From: Lingula anatina
Taxonomy: Eukaryota; Animalia; Brachiopoda
Direction: 5' to 3'
NCBI GenBank assembly: GCA_051362555.1
Contig: CM120645.1
Span: 21,390,001 to 21,454,000, forward strand
Length of the DNA stretch: 64,000 nucleotides
This document shows positions 23,018-38,001 of this stretch, one piece after another (positions within the stretch are counted from its first letter, which is position 1; each line of letters starts with the position of its first letter). The notes below the pieces were generated by a model, which made no database searches, was not told the origin of the DNA, and saw only the letters and a list, made by a program, of their open reading frames with translations. A program made the translations under genes and the position numbers.

Positions 23018-24208
23018 TCAGTACCTCATAGAAACCGTTTTTAAAGGAACGTTGTTTCGTCTGTCTATGAAGAAGTCTTTATCCTTTCGTCTCCAGGCAA
23101 CGTACATACAAACAGTAAGCACCATATCGTCCACCAGGAATGGATTTTGAATTTTTCGAATGGAAAATGAATAAAGAATTGTCAACGTGAATAGACCCAG
23201 GGCAGAGGGCCAACTCCCAATTTCTTTCTCTTCACTTATTAGAACCCCAATAACGAAGGTTACAATACATCCTAATAAGAAGTCCGTTAGCCAATTTTCT
23301 TTGGATGTAATGATGCCAGTGATTGCGTAAGTTACGAGAAAACTGATCAAGTGACTCCACGCGCATGATGGCGCCATTTCGTGCAAGACATGGCACCACG
23401 ACTGCTTCACCGGAAAGATGGAGACTGTTTCCCTGCGTAGAAGATGAAAAGGCAAACTGGTGAAAAGTACGGGGAGACAAGGCCATGCATGTGCTTTGTA
23501 GATCCATATGCTTTGCCAAATTAAATCCCACAGCAGCGCAGCGGTTGTGAGGAGGAATATGGTGTTCCACCCGTTGCAGAATATTAGCGCCAAATAACAC
23601 AGAAACCACCCCAATACAAATGATGATAGATACAGGAGAACCGCCAGAGGTAAAACTAGCACCAACGGTCGCACACAGTAGAGTAAGATGCACAGAACAA
23701 TGACGAGTCCTGGTATCGAATAAATAAAAACAGTGAGTCCGTACGTGTCTGAAACGTTGTGGAACCTAAGGTTAACTTCCCACATTTGATACATTTTCAC
23801 GCCTTCTAGTCCGATTTTAGGGAGTAACACACCTGACACTAAAACTGCTTGAAAATGCTCTGTGAATAATGCCATTCCTGTGAAATACGACTCAACCGGA
23901 TAGTCAGTCACATCGTCGTCTGCATCCCCATCGGCGGAAGCACCCGTGAGTAGCCGATCTTTACCGAAGGCATCAACAGCTCCCGTGAGAATCCCCAAAA
24001 TAGCACCGAGTGTCGACTCGTAGATGATATCCCAAGCCGGATGAGTCATCTTCAGTATAAGAGATGAAATTAAGAGGAATTCAAGTAGAAATAACAGTAC
24101 TCCGTTGATGTTGTTTTCATGGCCGAGACGCACGAGGGAGATGACCTGGCAGACGACAAGACTGAGGGCGAAAACTCCTCGAATGACACTCCGCATGGAC
24201 CCTGCCAT
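23018..24208 (-). CDS. Intronless multi-pass membrane protein of unknown family (about 396 aa from first ATG)
   Basis: Uninterrupted 402-codon ORF in AT-rich DNA with roughly 10 hydrophobic segments, an acidic loop (ADGDADDDVTD) and a basic C-terminal tail. First ATG at 24208. No family motif recognised. Confidence 0.75.
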   Translation of the reverse strand: MAGSMRSVIRGVFALSLVVCQVISLVRLGHENNINGVLLFLLEFLLISSLILKMTHPAWDIIYESTLGAILGILTGAVDAFGKDRLLTGASADGDADDDVTDYPVESYFTGMALFTEHFQAVLVSGVLLPKIGLEGVKMYQMWEVNLRFHNVSDTYGLTVFIYSIPGLVIVLCILLYCVRPLVLVLPLAVLLYLSSFVLGWFLCYLALIFCNGWNTIFLLTTAALLWDLIWQSIWIYKAHAWPCLPVLFTSLPFHLLRRETVSIFPVKQSWCHVLHEMAPSCAWSHLISFLVTYAITGIITSKENWLTDFLLGCIVTFVIGVLISEEKEIGSWPSALGLFTLTILYSFSIRKIQNPFLVDDMVLTVCMYVAWRRKDKDFFIDRRNNVPLKTVSMRY

Positions 24209-25929
24209 ATTCTGTAACTTTACCACGTAGCATCTATGTTATCTTATTACAGCCACCTGTTGATGTAGTTGATCTCGGTATACTGGCTTTTAATGAATAA
24301 TGTATATGGAATGCTATAGTTAATTTTATCGAATATACATTGCAGACCTACCAGTATATTATACAGAGATGAAATCAATGATTGCTTTCTGTAGGTTACT
24401 GTTGACACTGGAGCTCATATTGTAGTGTACGTCAACATTTTTTGTCATTTACAACAGTACCGTGCCGTGTAGATTTAGCAGTGTCCTTATTTTAATGATC
24501 CAGTGCCACTTTTACAGAGGGGCCATATCGTCGCCTCATATCGTAAACAGCATAGGAAGCCATGAAATACGCGGCGTCGACATCTTGAATCTACAGGTAC
24601 ATTGCACGTAGTAAAAGCGACACACGTGAAGCACCTGGGTCACTTGTATCGATATCCACCTTCACTAATACAAGTTATATAACTCTCCCTTGTAAACCTA
24701 ATCTGGGCGCAGTTCGAGTTGAGCTTGGCTATTTGTGATAGTGAATATCCTATATCCTATACGCGAACTACCCAGACTAACTGCAGCCTGCCATTTAGTA
24801 TGACACCGTGGTACGTTTCCTGTAACAGTGACCTGCTGCTGCTACACTACCTGCGTCACCTTTGTGCGTGTATTGTGTGAGGTACACAATTTAGAAATCT
24901 GATAAACGCCCACTAGTCATCCTGATAAAATCCCGTACTGAGGAAGGAACATATGACCGAAACTATTTTCGGTTGCAAGGGATAAATACTGTTATTATTA
25001 TAATTGTTGTTGTTGTTATTATTCACCATTATTTTTATTAATTCAAAATCGTTACAGCACACGGGTTATTGACACTGCAGAAGGGACTGGCGCACTTGTT
25101 GTTGACCCACTTATGATCAATGGGTGTATGTTTGTACATACATTTCTTTAGATAAATCCACTCGCCTTCTGAATAATGCGTCCTTTGTGTCAGAGTTTAT
25201 GAAGAAAGAGGTACATTGCACGACTGAAAGTGACAGCCAAATGGCAATTCTTTACAATTAGGTTGAACCAGGTAAGGGTTATTTTACTGCACGTGACTAC
25301 CCTCTCATTGCTTTGACACATCATTAATAGAAGGGGTACAGCGTGCGCATGTCCCTACCTACACGTATCCCCCACCCCTAAACCAAAAATAAATAAATAA
25401 AAAGAGAGACACCGAGAGCGAACGAGAGAGAGACGTAGAAAAAGAAATCAAGCGAAACGAGACAAAATCAAACGATTTTCCTCCCAAGACGTACACAGTA
25501 AAATTTTCAGAATTATATATGTATCCTCGTTTCCTTGTCTATTGTTCCATGCTTCCAAATCGAAGCCACCCATCCAGAGCAAAACCCTAGATTCGCCAAA
25601 AAAAATCCTAGACCCCCTTATAAGTTTCATATACTGCAATAATATTTATTGGAGGTGCAATCCAGGTTTTGGAAGAAGAGTGATCGTACTGTATGGCTCG
25701 CTATATTATCACTGAGATTACAAGCGCACCGTCCCATTGTTTGAAATTCCATCTCTATATTGATAATCATATCGGGAAAATTTCTGAATGACTGAATTCT
25801 TTGTTCATAATGAAATCTGTATCGATAACAACAACTTACCTAAATTAGAGTAGGCCTACATGTATAACAGGACTGACCGTTGAAGATAAGCTATTCACAT
25901 AAAACTGATAAAATATACCCTCTTTATTA

Positions 25930-26145
25930 AGACCCGCTTTACACTGGACGGCAGCCTTTCCGCGTCCTTTGTGCTACCGTGAAACTGGCATCGCCGTGGT
26001 CGTAGAAAGCAAGCGTCGCTTTGGTTACAGAATGAATACTCAATGAGCGACCAGTTGTCGGCACGCAAAGTATTATTTTTTTAAACTCTCAAACGGGGGT
26101 GTTCTATGGGTCGCAGAAAGGACGCCGTCCAGTGTAAAGGGGGCT
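25930..26145. mobile_element. PIF/Harbinger-like MITE
   Basis: TIRs gacccgctttacactggacggc / gccgtccagtgtaaagggggc with TAA/TTA-type flanks. Confidence 0.7.
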
Positions 26146-26860
26146 TAACAGTCGATAGACCTATCATTTTGGATCATTACATAGATGCTTGTATCATAAC
26201 ATAACGCATTTAGACTTTAATAGCAGTTTATAATTTCAAAATAAACTTAATTTTTCTTGGCACGACAACTGTATAGACAAAGCAGCAATATAAATCTGCC
26301 TTATATTATGAGCAAATTCGGAATAAAAGTATAACGTTGAATATCCTCATACAGTCCCTCTCTTAAACAAATCATAATAGTATTCTTTCTTCAAGAAAAA
26401 AACGTGCTTTTTTGCATTTTGAGTCTTGTACACTGTATCTGACATCATGGGCATTTTTAGATTTTAATTAAATTTTGCCCGACTGCTCTTGCGTCACCTT
26501 CAGCACACTTATTCGTCAGATAAATAATTTAATCCACCTTATCCAAATAATTTTCGTAGGTTATCTGATGATGTTTAATAAAACTATTGTTATAACGTAA
26601 GTTGTTAATCTTTGACTGATAACTGAGAATCAACAAGATGTGCAGGCACACGCATGCGCAGCGGCACGTTCACAGCATTCTCTTCATGCTAAAAATATTA
26701 GTAAAGCTGTTTCCTTATAATATAGAAAAAAATTATCAAGACAGGATTTAAAATATTGACTATGACTTCGTCTCTCCGTTGATTTAGTGTAATCCTATTG
26801 GGAATATTATTTAAAAAAAAAAGTAGATCAAGGTTACGGTCATCTCTGACAGCGACCTTA

Positions 26861-29800
26861 TCACCGAGGTGAAATAGTTTGCGCCATTTTCTTTTTCGTC
26901 TCAATGTCAGCCAGCGTTCTCCCGAGTGCCTCTCCTTTATAAGCGTCCCAATCCACGCTGATCTGAAGGTTGTCCTGCATTTCATCATCGGTAGGATACG
27001 GAGCCAGCTGAAATAAATAAATAAATAAAAAATGATTTTACCATTTTGATGATTTTATTGTTGGTACGAAATGCTTGTAATGATAAGTAATACAGTTGTT
27101 TAATATGCACTATTTATATTCGAAGATTTAAGGACAGTCTCTATGAGTTATGTCTAAATATCGGTATCAATTTAAAAAAATGGCTATAGAGGATGCCATT
27201 CATGTGTCGTAATAGCTTACTATTTATTTATTTGTATGTTTATTTATTATTTATTACATGAGATGCTACTATGACAGATCTTGCTATAAACAAAACAATA
27301 AAACTTTCAAAACAATTAAATTACCCGTCGTCGGAGTCTTGCTATGAGTTTCTCTGGAGCATTATCCTGGTAAAACTGCTTGTTAATCATCATCACTTCA
27401 GCGCCGTTACTCATCACACAGAAACTGGGCTGGTTACCCAACACGAATTGGTTTAGTCCCTGAAGAAATTAATATTATTATAATATAATAAAACAATTTA
27501 ATAAGGTGATTTTTTTTATTAATAATTGTTAAAATTTCCATCTTAACTCAAAGGCATGCCACGCCCACTCCACGTCAACATGCAAAATGTACTTTTCTGG
27601 AATTTTAAACAATTTTCCTAAACAAGTAAGACATACCCTTGCCACATTTATCCGTGAAAAAATCTATAAAATCATTTTCGATTTCTTAAATTTCATTTTA
27701 CCGTAACAAGTCAAATTCAACAGTGTGCTAGATTGATTTTGACTTATAAAAATATTTAAGATGTTATTCACTCATTCGACAGTTTATAAACCTACAAAAA
27801 CATCTCCCCGTGAAAGGGTCTGCACGTGGATGAAGGCGGGGTTCCTGTCGGCGTCTGTCATGTCTTCCTCGTCCTTCTTGTATTCAGCGTTTAAGTCGTC
27901 GTTTATCGTCCTGACCTGCTGCTGGATTTTCTTTTCGTCCTCGTCTTTATCCTCTTTTACTGAAATGGAGAAATATGGAGTTCACGTCTTTGCATGATAT
28001 TGAAACGTGTCTACAAATAATATTTATTTTAATTTTAAAAAGCCTGTGGTGGAGTCAGAATTTCGCTCAGGGGGTGGGGATGTCAAGGGTATAACAGTTT
28101 TGCTTTGATTTGGACTACACTTATTAAACGGTAGACAACTGTGCTGTAGATTTCTAAATGTCTAGCAAACTATGCTGTAAGTATGAGGCAGTCATGTAAA
28201 CACGTACAGATACCACCGACACAACACACAAATACCTTTTAATTTTGTTGGACTTTTATTGGATTTCCTTTTGGATTTTGGCTGCTGCGGAGATCCTGGA
28301 TCACGTGGTGATTCCTGGTCTCGTTGTGATACGTGGTAACGTGGTGACACTTTGTCACGTGGTGATACTGTACCACGTGGCGTGTTAACGTGTGCTACTT
28401 CCTCCACTGGGTCAATATCATACGTCGTCTGCACAGTTTCTAACATTGATTTAGAACGTGTCGTGTCATTATTATTAGCATCCCCTGGTGGAGATTTTTC
28501 TGGCATGTCAGTGTGTCGTCTGACCAGACTGTCACTTTGGCCAATGTCTGGCAACGCAAAACTTTCTGTCGTTAACTGAACATCTTTTATGGTGGGATCC
28601 TGTTTTGGCAAATTGCCACTTATTTTCACCGAAGATCGTCGGTATTTTGTTGGTTCCTCGGTCTCTGTAGGTTTAAGGGGTATTTTCAGTTCGGGCAAGA
28701 TGTATTTGAGCAAAAAGTTTTTCTGAAGGCGATATTCCCTCATCTCTGCTTTATTCCTCTTCTTTTTCTCTGCTTCACTTAAGTCTGAAAACACATACAG
28801 TGTAATAAAATTCAGCCACCCCTCAATAAGTGTACATATCCCTTAATTACATTCATATATGATCAGTAATAGTTTTTTAAGCCCGTTTACAACTCATATT
28901 TTGGATCTCTACATGTGATTGCATCCGCAAAAATTTGAAGATGTTGTTTAACTTTTTTTACGGTTACATCAAACTTAAAACTGTAAAATATAGTTTTATA
29001 GATTTAAACAAACCTTTTCACACGTCTACATAGAGTGTAAAATGGGCCATGCAGTATGACGTCAAGGATTTAATTAAATTTTGAAAACTAAATACAGTGA
29101 TACGCATATACCAAATGTCAATACAAATTTAAAAAAGGCCATGTTGGAAAATCCAAAAACAAAAGGAGACATTAATATACCACACGCATACAGCAGTGAA
29201 GAATAACAACGTTGAGGAACCATTGAAAACCTCAAAAAATATAATGTTCATAACAGAAAATCAACAGCAACAACAACAACAACAATATCCGAACACCGTA
29301 CCGACTGGCCCATCCGGAAAGGGAAACTTAAAACCGAATCCGGAGAGCGGATCATATGTCGTATCCGGTCGTCCGACTGAATAATACGATACAGAAATGA
29401 ATGGAATGCAAGGATTTAAACAATATCAGATCTTTTACTGCCTGACTGTGTTGTTTTTCAAAACAAAGACACAGTCAAATAATTACTAATATTCACAACT
29501 GGTAAAAAAAGACGCAATAGTCAAGTTTTACATTCATTGGCATTTTGAGGTGCAGGACTTATGTTCAAATACATGACCATACAATTATTTTACATTTAAG
29601 GATTTTACATTTTTGGTCTACTTAAATTCGAGATAAAAGCACAGTAACCCACTAATATCAAGTATAAGTTTCAAACGCTGTACATGTCTTCCATGTCATA
29701 AAACAGGGGCACTGTGAATTTAACATCCCATTTGATTTAACTTCTATTGCCTTTCTGATGTCAAAGTTAACTTAAGTTTTGCCTTTAAGTTTAAAGAAAA

Positions 29801-32800
29801 TGGTTGAATTTTTTTGTGAAACGGGCCCATCTTTATAACAATTAATGAACTACAGTGGTACGTAATCGTTAATTCCATTGTGCCCTGAAATCAGTTGCCA
29901 CATAATTACTTTCTTAGAGATTTCTGGTTTCATCAAATAAATCGCACTTTTGAGCAATATATCTTTGGGCAATATATCTTGTTGTCGTGACATAAATACG
30001 GCAACAGAACCCTATCGCCATGGAAACCTACCTGAATATGTTCGCTTCCACTCGTAAGCGCCAACTTTTCTTAATTTCTTCAGCACGTGCAAGTGGCCCT
30101 GGAGGAAAAAGTAAACGACTTTCGCTACGAATCTTACTAAATCCCATGAAGTTAAAGTAACAAAACAAATGCTTCAAGTGTTAGACCCCAGAAGAGTTTA
30201 TTTACAGAAAGGGTAATGTAAACTTTCAAGTTATCAGCTGAATTTTTTTTTCAGTGTTCACACAGTTCTTGAAAATGTATCTAATGTTCTTTAACTCACT
30301 TTTAGAATTAAAGTAATCACTATAACTAAAACATCCGGCATTGAATAGCAAATAGATAAAATAGACTACTACTACTAATAATAATTGTTGAAAGTATCAT
30401 TATGTTATAACCTGGTACAAATTTCACAACGTTAACTCTTACTGCAGAAATTTATAGTTTAACAATAAAACAAAGAAACTGTAGAAATTTGTAAATAAAA
30501 GAAGAAAACGTTCCAGACTTACCGACTTTACAACTACAATCCAATTAGAATAGTTACTGTCCTTAACCACGACATCTCCTTTCCTAGAAAATAAGATGTC
30601 TAAATTAAGATTTTAAACAAACGCAACGCGATCGACTGAAATACTTCTTATTGTGTGGGGTGGGAACTGAAATACGCCAAATTTGTTCTGGTTATTTTTT
30701 TTCGCCATTTTTGTAACATATAAATACCACTTTAACTTGAACGGACCGTTAATGAAGCCAACACAGCAGCATGTTGTTGGGAGTTGGGTACTTACATGGT
30801 ACATTTTATATTGAAAAATATAGATAATTTCATGCTAAATACCGTACTTACTTGAAAAAGTGATGCATCAGTTTCTTTGGATTGGACTCAAGAATTTGCA
30901 CTGGCCATCCGTTAAAACAATCCAATTTCCTGCGGCAAAATATAAATTATTTCATTAAAATTGTTTTAAAAATAAAAAGACTCATCACATCTCACGATGG
31001 GTATCAACTGGAATGAATATTTCATTGCAAAGGTCAACATGTAGTAAGGGCACACCATTTGTGTTAGGTCCCAATGAAGCAAAATAATGTTTACTGGAAA
31101 TTGCAATATTAACGTAAAATTAGCATTATTGAGGTAAAATATTTGAAACTTCCTGGGTATTTTTCTACTTCGAGCTTTGTATGTCTTTAAAAAAGAATAA
31201 TTGAATTCTTATGAAAACTTTTACTTCAGTTGCATACTCACTCAATTAACTCTTCGTCGTCGTCTCCTCCAGTCATGAAAATCTGACGAAAATCCTAAAA
31301 TTCAAAATGTTATAATGTTTGATCTTTTTAAATTTTAACCAAATTAAATTTAATGAATTTCATTTTTAATACAAATAAATGTGTTAAATATTTTGGAATG
31401 GTTTTGGAATGGTATTTCAGAATTGTAATCTTACTCATATTTTTTTTATTTTATCTCTACGAACATACATAAATTTACATAAAATGTTTTGGTGGAAGTT
31501 CACTCATGACAAGAAATTATAGCCAACGATTTCAAACCCGAAAGCAGCAGTTAGTGTCAGCCGATATGAAAAGCTGTCTAAATCTTTATAAAATGTACTA
31601 AACGTTTGAATAACCATACATGAATCGGCCAATTACCTGTATTGAAATGCTGAGCATCTCCACGGTTTCTTTTGCTATACACGACGACTGGCGTGGTGTA
31701 CGGTTTATCAAGCCCAGTTCACCGAACGCTCGACCCCTCTTTAAGATTGCTACCGGCTTTGCCACCCGTGTCTCTTGGTCCATCACGACAACAACGACTG
31801 TAGAAAAAGAATAATTTTTTTGTTATTTGTAACATAAAATGTAATTGTTTATCGACGTTTTCAATAAATAAATAAATAAATAACAATAATAATAATAATA
31901 ATCAATAAAAATATCTTGATAACACTGGCAGATCCAGATTTTTTTATGGCGCGGCACATATATTTTTGTATTAGTCAAACGATGGATACTTTAATACTGT
32001 GTGTAGGCATAAAAATGTTTTGTGTTGATTTCGATTTCCTTTGCTCGATAATCCGCCAAGAAGTGGTATGTGCCTTCTGCACCCCCCTTAATACGGCGTT
32101 TAATAGGGCGGATTCTTGTGAAGGCCTTCTTAAAAACCAGATCTCTTTTATGCAGCATTTTAATATTTCTTCGAGTATGATATTATTTCCATAAAATTGC
32201 AACTTACCCGATCCTGAGAGTAAAATATAGAACGCATTTGGTGGGTGACTTTGACGCACAATTATTCTCTTCGCTTCAAATCTAAAAAAAAGAACAATTT
32301 ATATTGAAAAATGTATCAGTTTTTCGGACACACCGCTCACATCGGTCAAATCGCAATCGTTAACTGTGTAGTTCACTTTACACTTTACATACCACAATGT
32401 AACATTTGATCAAAGCACAACCAATTGTGTTCATAGTAACCAAGCGTCTCTGTCGCAATCGTCTTCCCTCACTTCCATTACTCCTTCTCAACAAGAATCT
32501 CTTGTAATCGTGACTAAAAGACCTTTCTGAGTTGTCCTAGGGAAAACCCTTCCATAAAACAACTCACCTTTCGTACATTCCCACTTCTGCAATTTTCCTC
32601 TGCATTCGAACTGTGTAGTCACTGTAAGCCTTAATATTCCGCAGAGATATCTCAACCTATCGGAAAGCAAGAGTTAAGGGGTTATTATTTGTAAATAAAG
32701 TATCTATTAGCTAACCAAGTTCAATAGACCTTACTGCAAAACACATAGAGTGAGAGGTGGACAGAGGCAGGAGAGAGAGAGAGAGAGAACACACACGGAC

Positions 32801-35800
32801 GCAAGAAAGCTCGGGACGATCAAACTATAAAATGATAATGGTACGTGCATCAAATGATTGTGATAAAATGATAATGATAAAATTATGATTAAAACAAGGT
32901 TAAAACATATAAAACGGGTGTAGATTCTGTGTTTTGTGTGCAGAAGTAAAAACTGGAATATTGGCTTCGAACAGATAATTATCAAAATTTACGTTAGAAA
33001 ATTGCCAATGTATATCACATCCAATGCCTGTACATTTTTTCAGTAACAAATAATGTTATAAATCAAATATGGGGGTCATCTATCTGAGACAGCGTCACTC
33101 ACATAATTCAGTTCCTGTTCCGTCCTTTCTCCGGATGGCTTGGTCAGGATCCTCTTGGCCTCCTCCGAGAGACGTAACTGTATAAATAAACAAATAGATA
33201 AATAAATACATAGAATTACCTTCGTTGATTTTTATAATTATATCCATTTCAATACTTGGTACCAAACAATGCTTTCAACGTGGAAGAAAACTATTTTCTT
33301 TGGCGAAGGTAATTTTTGGTCTTTCAAATGGTTTGCTATTGAGAACCTTTAAACACCCGCTGATTAAGTTGCTCATCTACTGGGATAAGTAGCGTTTTAT
33401 TACTTATTTCTCACTGAACACAATAAATCATGACTTACCTGTCTATTTGCTTTGAAGTCGTTTGGGTTGAACCCGTCCCAAATATCAACATCAAGTGCCG
33501 TTCCAAAATCTTGATAATCCGTAAATTTTAGGTCCCGGATAAAGGGTAGAAGTTCATCGTGTTCTTTGTTTCTGGAAAACAAGAATAATTTATAAAAACA
33601 ATTTTGCGGTTGTTGTACCCAGGAAGTTAAAATATAAGGCGCAGATCTAAGCTTATTCTTGAAAAGTATTTATGAGTTAAATACAGTTTGAAGTAAAAGT
33701 ATTTATTTTATCAAATAAGTGAATATTAGAATATAAAGAAATATATTTCTTGCGGGATTGAGATTCGCAAACTTGATAATTTATTTGTTCTCAAAATTTC
33801 TACGTTTTCCTACTTTCACGTGCACTAGATCTTTACCGTTTTCTTTCTCACGTTCACTTTCCTTCCCTTTCTTTTACAAATTAAGCACTTAGCAACAAAA
33901 ATAATGCTGAGATTAAATTAACTTTTAAGAGTTAAGAAATGCATTAATCAGAATTTCAATTGAAATTATTTCCGCAGTTTTATAATACAAGCCCCTATTT
34001 CCTAGAATAGAATGAAACAAAAAGGCGATTACCTCAAAGAATGCGCTAGAGTTTGTCGTCTGCAGAAAATGGCGAGGCGAGCTGCACGTCTGAATTTCTT
34101 CATTAATTCTTGGAGCTGAAACGCAGAAAGACGCTTGTAAGTGTCTCTCATCGGACTTATAAACCCTTGTGCTGCAAAGGTTTTTAGCATTTCGCAATAC
34201 AAGACGTGTGTGCATTTCTGATCCTAAATCATATTCTATTTTTTCTACTTCCCTTTTCACGTACTGTAAAAATATTTTGTTTATCTAATATATTTAACCC
34301 TAAAAACAACTCTAGTCACAACATGTGATTAATGTGTTCCAGTGGGATCGTTAAACCGAAACTTCTAAGAAATGTTGCATAAAAGATGACGATACTTGTG
34401 AGCCATTTGACAAACGGAGGAAGAAAAAACAACTGTGAACGCATGCAATTGAAAACATATTTATTCATCGTGAAATCGTTTGCTTACTTGCGTGAAATTT
34501 ATGTCTTTACAAAGCCCACCGAAGCACGCCAATTCCGTGTTCGACAATACCTCCCCTTAGGAGTGGTGGGTGAACAAAATGCTCCACGCCAAATGCACTA
34601 TGAACTCTAAAGTTCTTGAGCTAAAGAGGGTTACTCGTTTTTGCTACCCAGGGAAACAATATACAACACCTTGGTTTTACTGCTGGTACATTGAGTAAAG
34701 CATAGAGTAATGCTTCATTGCTTTAGACAAATGGCTGGAATTTTGTTGGAATGTTGTTTTAATGTTGCCAAAGAAAGTTTTAACATTTATCCGATAACTT
34801 CCAACATACATGTACATCTACAGTATTTTAATTAAAATTTGCCACGCTTGCATTGGTACCGGTAGGTCCACTAATTTTGTTGATTTCGAAAAGGTGGCTT
34901 CTCCATCTATTCCCCATCCCCACGCACTAGATAGCTTATTCCACCTTTATTCTATAGGTCTCGAGATTCCTCCTGAAGCTAAGCACTCGGACGTTGTTTC
35001 TCACCCTTTCTGTTACTCATAACAGTCACATGAAACTTCACACTATTACTAGTAATTAATAAAGTCACTAATACCCTTTTCATATCATCATCATCATCAT
35101 TATTATTATTATTATTATTATTATTCACCCCGCGCCGACACCGTCTCCGTGTCGCCCTCTGTAGGAAGAGACTGTGTCCCTCTAAGCCGTTTACATTTTC
35201 TCTCTGGCAAGAGAGAACCAAGTTCTGCGATGTTGCTTTCCTCGCAACTCCTCTCCATTTTCTCATGGCGACTGAAACAGGCAGAAAAATTACATGAGAT
35301 TCCAAGCAAAATGTATTAACAGATTTAAAAACCAATGAACAATTCTGGAAATAACAGTGCTTCTGAAATTTAGGGAGATTCCAAGCAAAATTAATTAACA
35401 GCTTTAAAAACCAATGAACAATTCTGCACATAAAAGTGCTTCTGATATTTAGGCAGTTTATGAGTTTATCAGCCACCTTTCAATGTTGGTAATATTTTTT
35501 GATATACGTACCGAATTTTTCTTCAAAATTTCAAAACTTAGATTACATTGATAACCAAGGAATATGATTAGAGAAATCTGTTTACTAATCGATTTAACTC
35601 TAAAAGTCACTTTTTCAAATGTATTGTTTTATGCCATAAAAAGTACAAGCCGTGAAAAATGAGAACACTCGTTGCCTGCAGCGCGGTACTTTGTTGCCAT
35701 GGTGAATCATAATAAAACGGCAGTTAATTTGAGGACAACAGACCCAAAGGGAGGCACATATTTGATATTTCTATATATATTATCTAAAGACATACCCAAA

Positions 35801-37970
35801 GACAATATAATCGATATATGTCTATGTACAGGTAGACAGATACTGTATACGATGAACATAATTAAATATGAGAGAGAGAGGCATCACGTATAACGATAAA
35901 CTGTAAGTACAAAAGAACTCGATTTTTCCTACAAGAGTGAAAAACGTACCTCACGCACTACGTCTAGACAAATGACACGTGTGTGAACTTTGTGCACATT
36001 TGGATAACGTTGCTCACCAATACTAAGTCTAAATAACTCCCCAAGATGTTGTAATACGTACCTGATTTCTAATCAGTTTCTCGAGAATGTTTTCCCCTCT
36101 AATTCTTCATCTCTGGTTCAGGAAAGCAGCATATGTGATGGCAGTAATCTGAATACCGCGCTCACTTTTTGGATAAACTCCTCTGATGACAGAATATGAA
36201 AAATGGGACGGTCCGCGTCTCGAAAAATGTGGCTCACGGCACAGTAAACGCGGACGTGTTTTACGAGCAACAAGGGCGAGGCAGATGTTTCTCGAGATTT
36301 AGTGGTCGTTCAGATGGTCGATGTCAGTCGCAGCTTCTTAAAGTTGTTGCACATTTTGCTCTACATATTATAACCGACAGACAGCAAATTATCGACGCAC
36401 CGAGAGAAGCATTAAAGCAAGTCAAAAGATAAAAATGGATGCACTAATACAATAAATAAACATGAATGTAAGAAAACAATAATCAGATTTACATAAGCTG
36501 CACATCTCACACTAACAACAAAAATATAAAACATAATTTTAATCAAATTCTAATCCGTTTTGAGTAGGCAGCAAATCATCCACTAAGACGCAGACACGCA
36601 CTCGTACTGAACAAGCATTCGCGCACGCTCAAACACATTCATAACGAGCACACACACGCAAGCAAACACACACACACTCGTACACACACATAAGAAGTAA
36701 GAAAATGCACAGAAAACAACATCGCGCTCTCAAATGCACCGAGTCATGTACCCAGTTTAACCACACTTGTCATACAAGCAACAGTCGTGCCTGCGCATTA
36801 TGTAACGTGTTCCTGAACAGGTAACCCCCCCCCCCCCTCCCCGACACGCACTTCACCTATCTAATCAAAACACAGTCACCACGGCAATCTATTCAAAACA
36901 CTTATACGTAAAAGAAATTCAGAGTCATGTCACACAGAGTGAAAAACAATCAAGCAACATGTAAATCATCTTTTGATAGATGGGACACAAAAACCACCAA
37001 ACCGCAAGCAAAATGCAATTCATTCTTGGAGTATTTCTTTCTTACCCGTTGTTTTTCCTTCAGCGTTTGCACGAACTTGATAAAAAATAATCAAGTATAA
37101 GATTCATTTTATTATTATTTTTTTAATAATTTTATATTGAAACCATTAAGGATTCGGCACCAGCTTTTGAAAAAAAAATTAACACACTTCCACCTTTTCT
37201 CAGTTTTTTCCTTACTTTTTCCTGATCAATACACTATAAGTATACTAAATAATTTTGATTAATAATTATCATTTGGTCAGATAAATAACTAATACATCTG
37301 AATGTTGTATCTATCGCTCAAGGCTTCTCAGTGTAACTTACACAACTATAAAATTTAAGGTAGGTGGTTAAACTACAGACAGTAGGAGAAGATCCATAAA
37401 CTTGGTACACATGCACTGGAAGAGGATAACATCAAACTTACGCTGGACACGTTTCAAAGAGTGGGTCAAGTCGCGTACAAACTAAATAAATGTTTGGATT
37501 GATAAGAAAGTAAATAACCTCTAATTAATGCAGTCACGTTTACAAAAAGTGGCACGTTGCATACCAAGTAAAAACATTACAATACATAAATCAGTTGATT
37601 AATACATAACAATGATGATTATAATACAACGTTCAATTTGATACCTGATTTTTAAATGAAGTTTTTATTGGTAAATAAGTCAGGCTATATTTTGCTTAAA
37701 AGTGTTCTGTGCCATGAAAAAAAAATAAAACATCAGGGTCGGGTTCAGAAATTCTCTGAATTATGAAGGGGGAGAGTATCAAACCAATCCTGGGTGACGT
37801 TCTGATAGAGAAGAAGCGGTGCACAATCCTACACTCGGTACGCATAATTTCCTCAGTCTTTGTGTAGCACAGAAGTAAAGTTAACCAGATGAAAGGGACA
37901 CCCTTCCGAAAATCTCTGACTTAAAATGAATGTACATAGTTGTTGCTGCGCACTGACCCCGTTTTACCCA

Positions 37971-38001
<31 letters not shown>

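Noticed and set aside
26698-26988. 96-aa ORF as the last CNBD2-like exon
   Set aside because: Wrong frame. The splice-consistent frame is LAPYPTDDEM...SPR* (27007-26861).
34979-35476. 165-aa ORF with a poly-N/poly-D tract
   Set aside because: The tract is an (ATT)/(ATC) microsatellite and the 5' part is a 79-bp tandem duplication. Only the central part is a possible exon.
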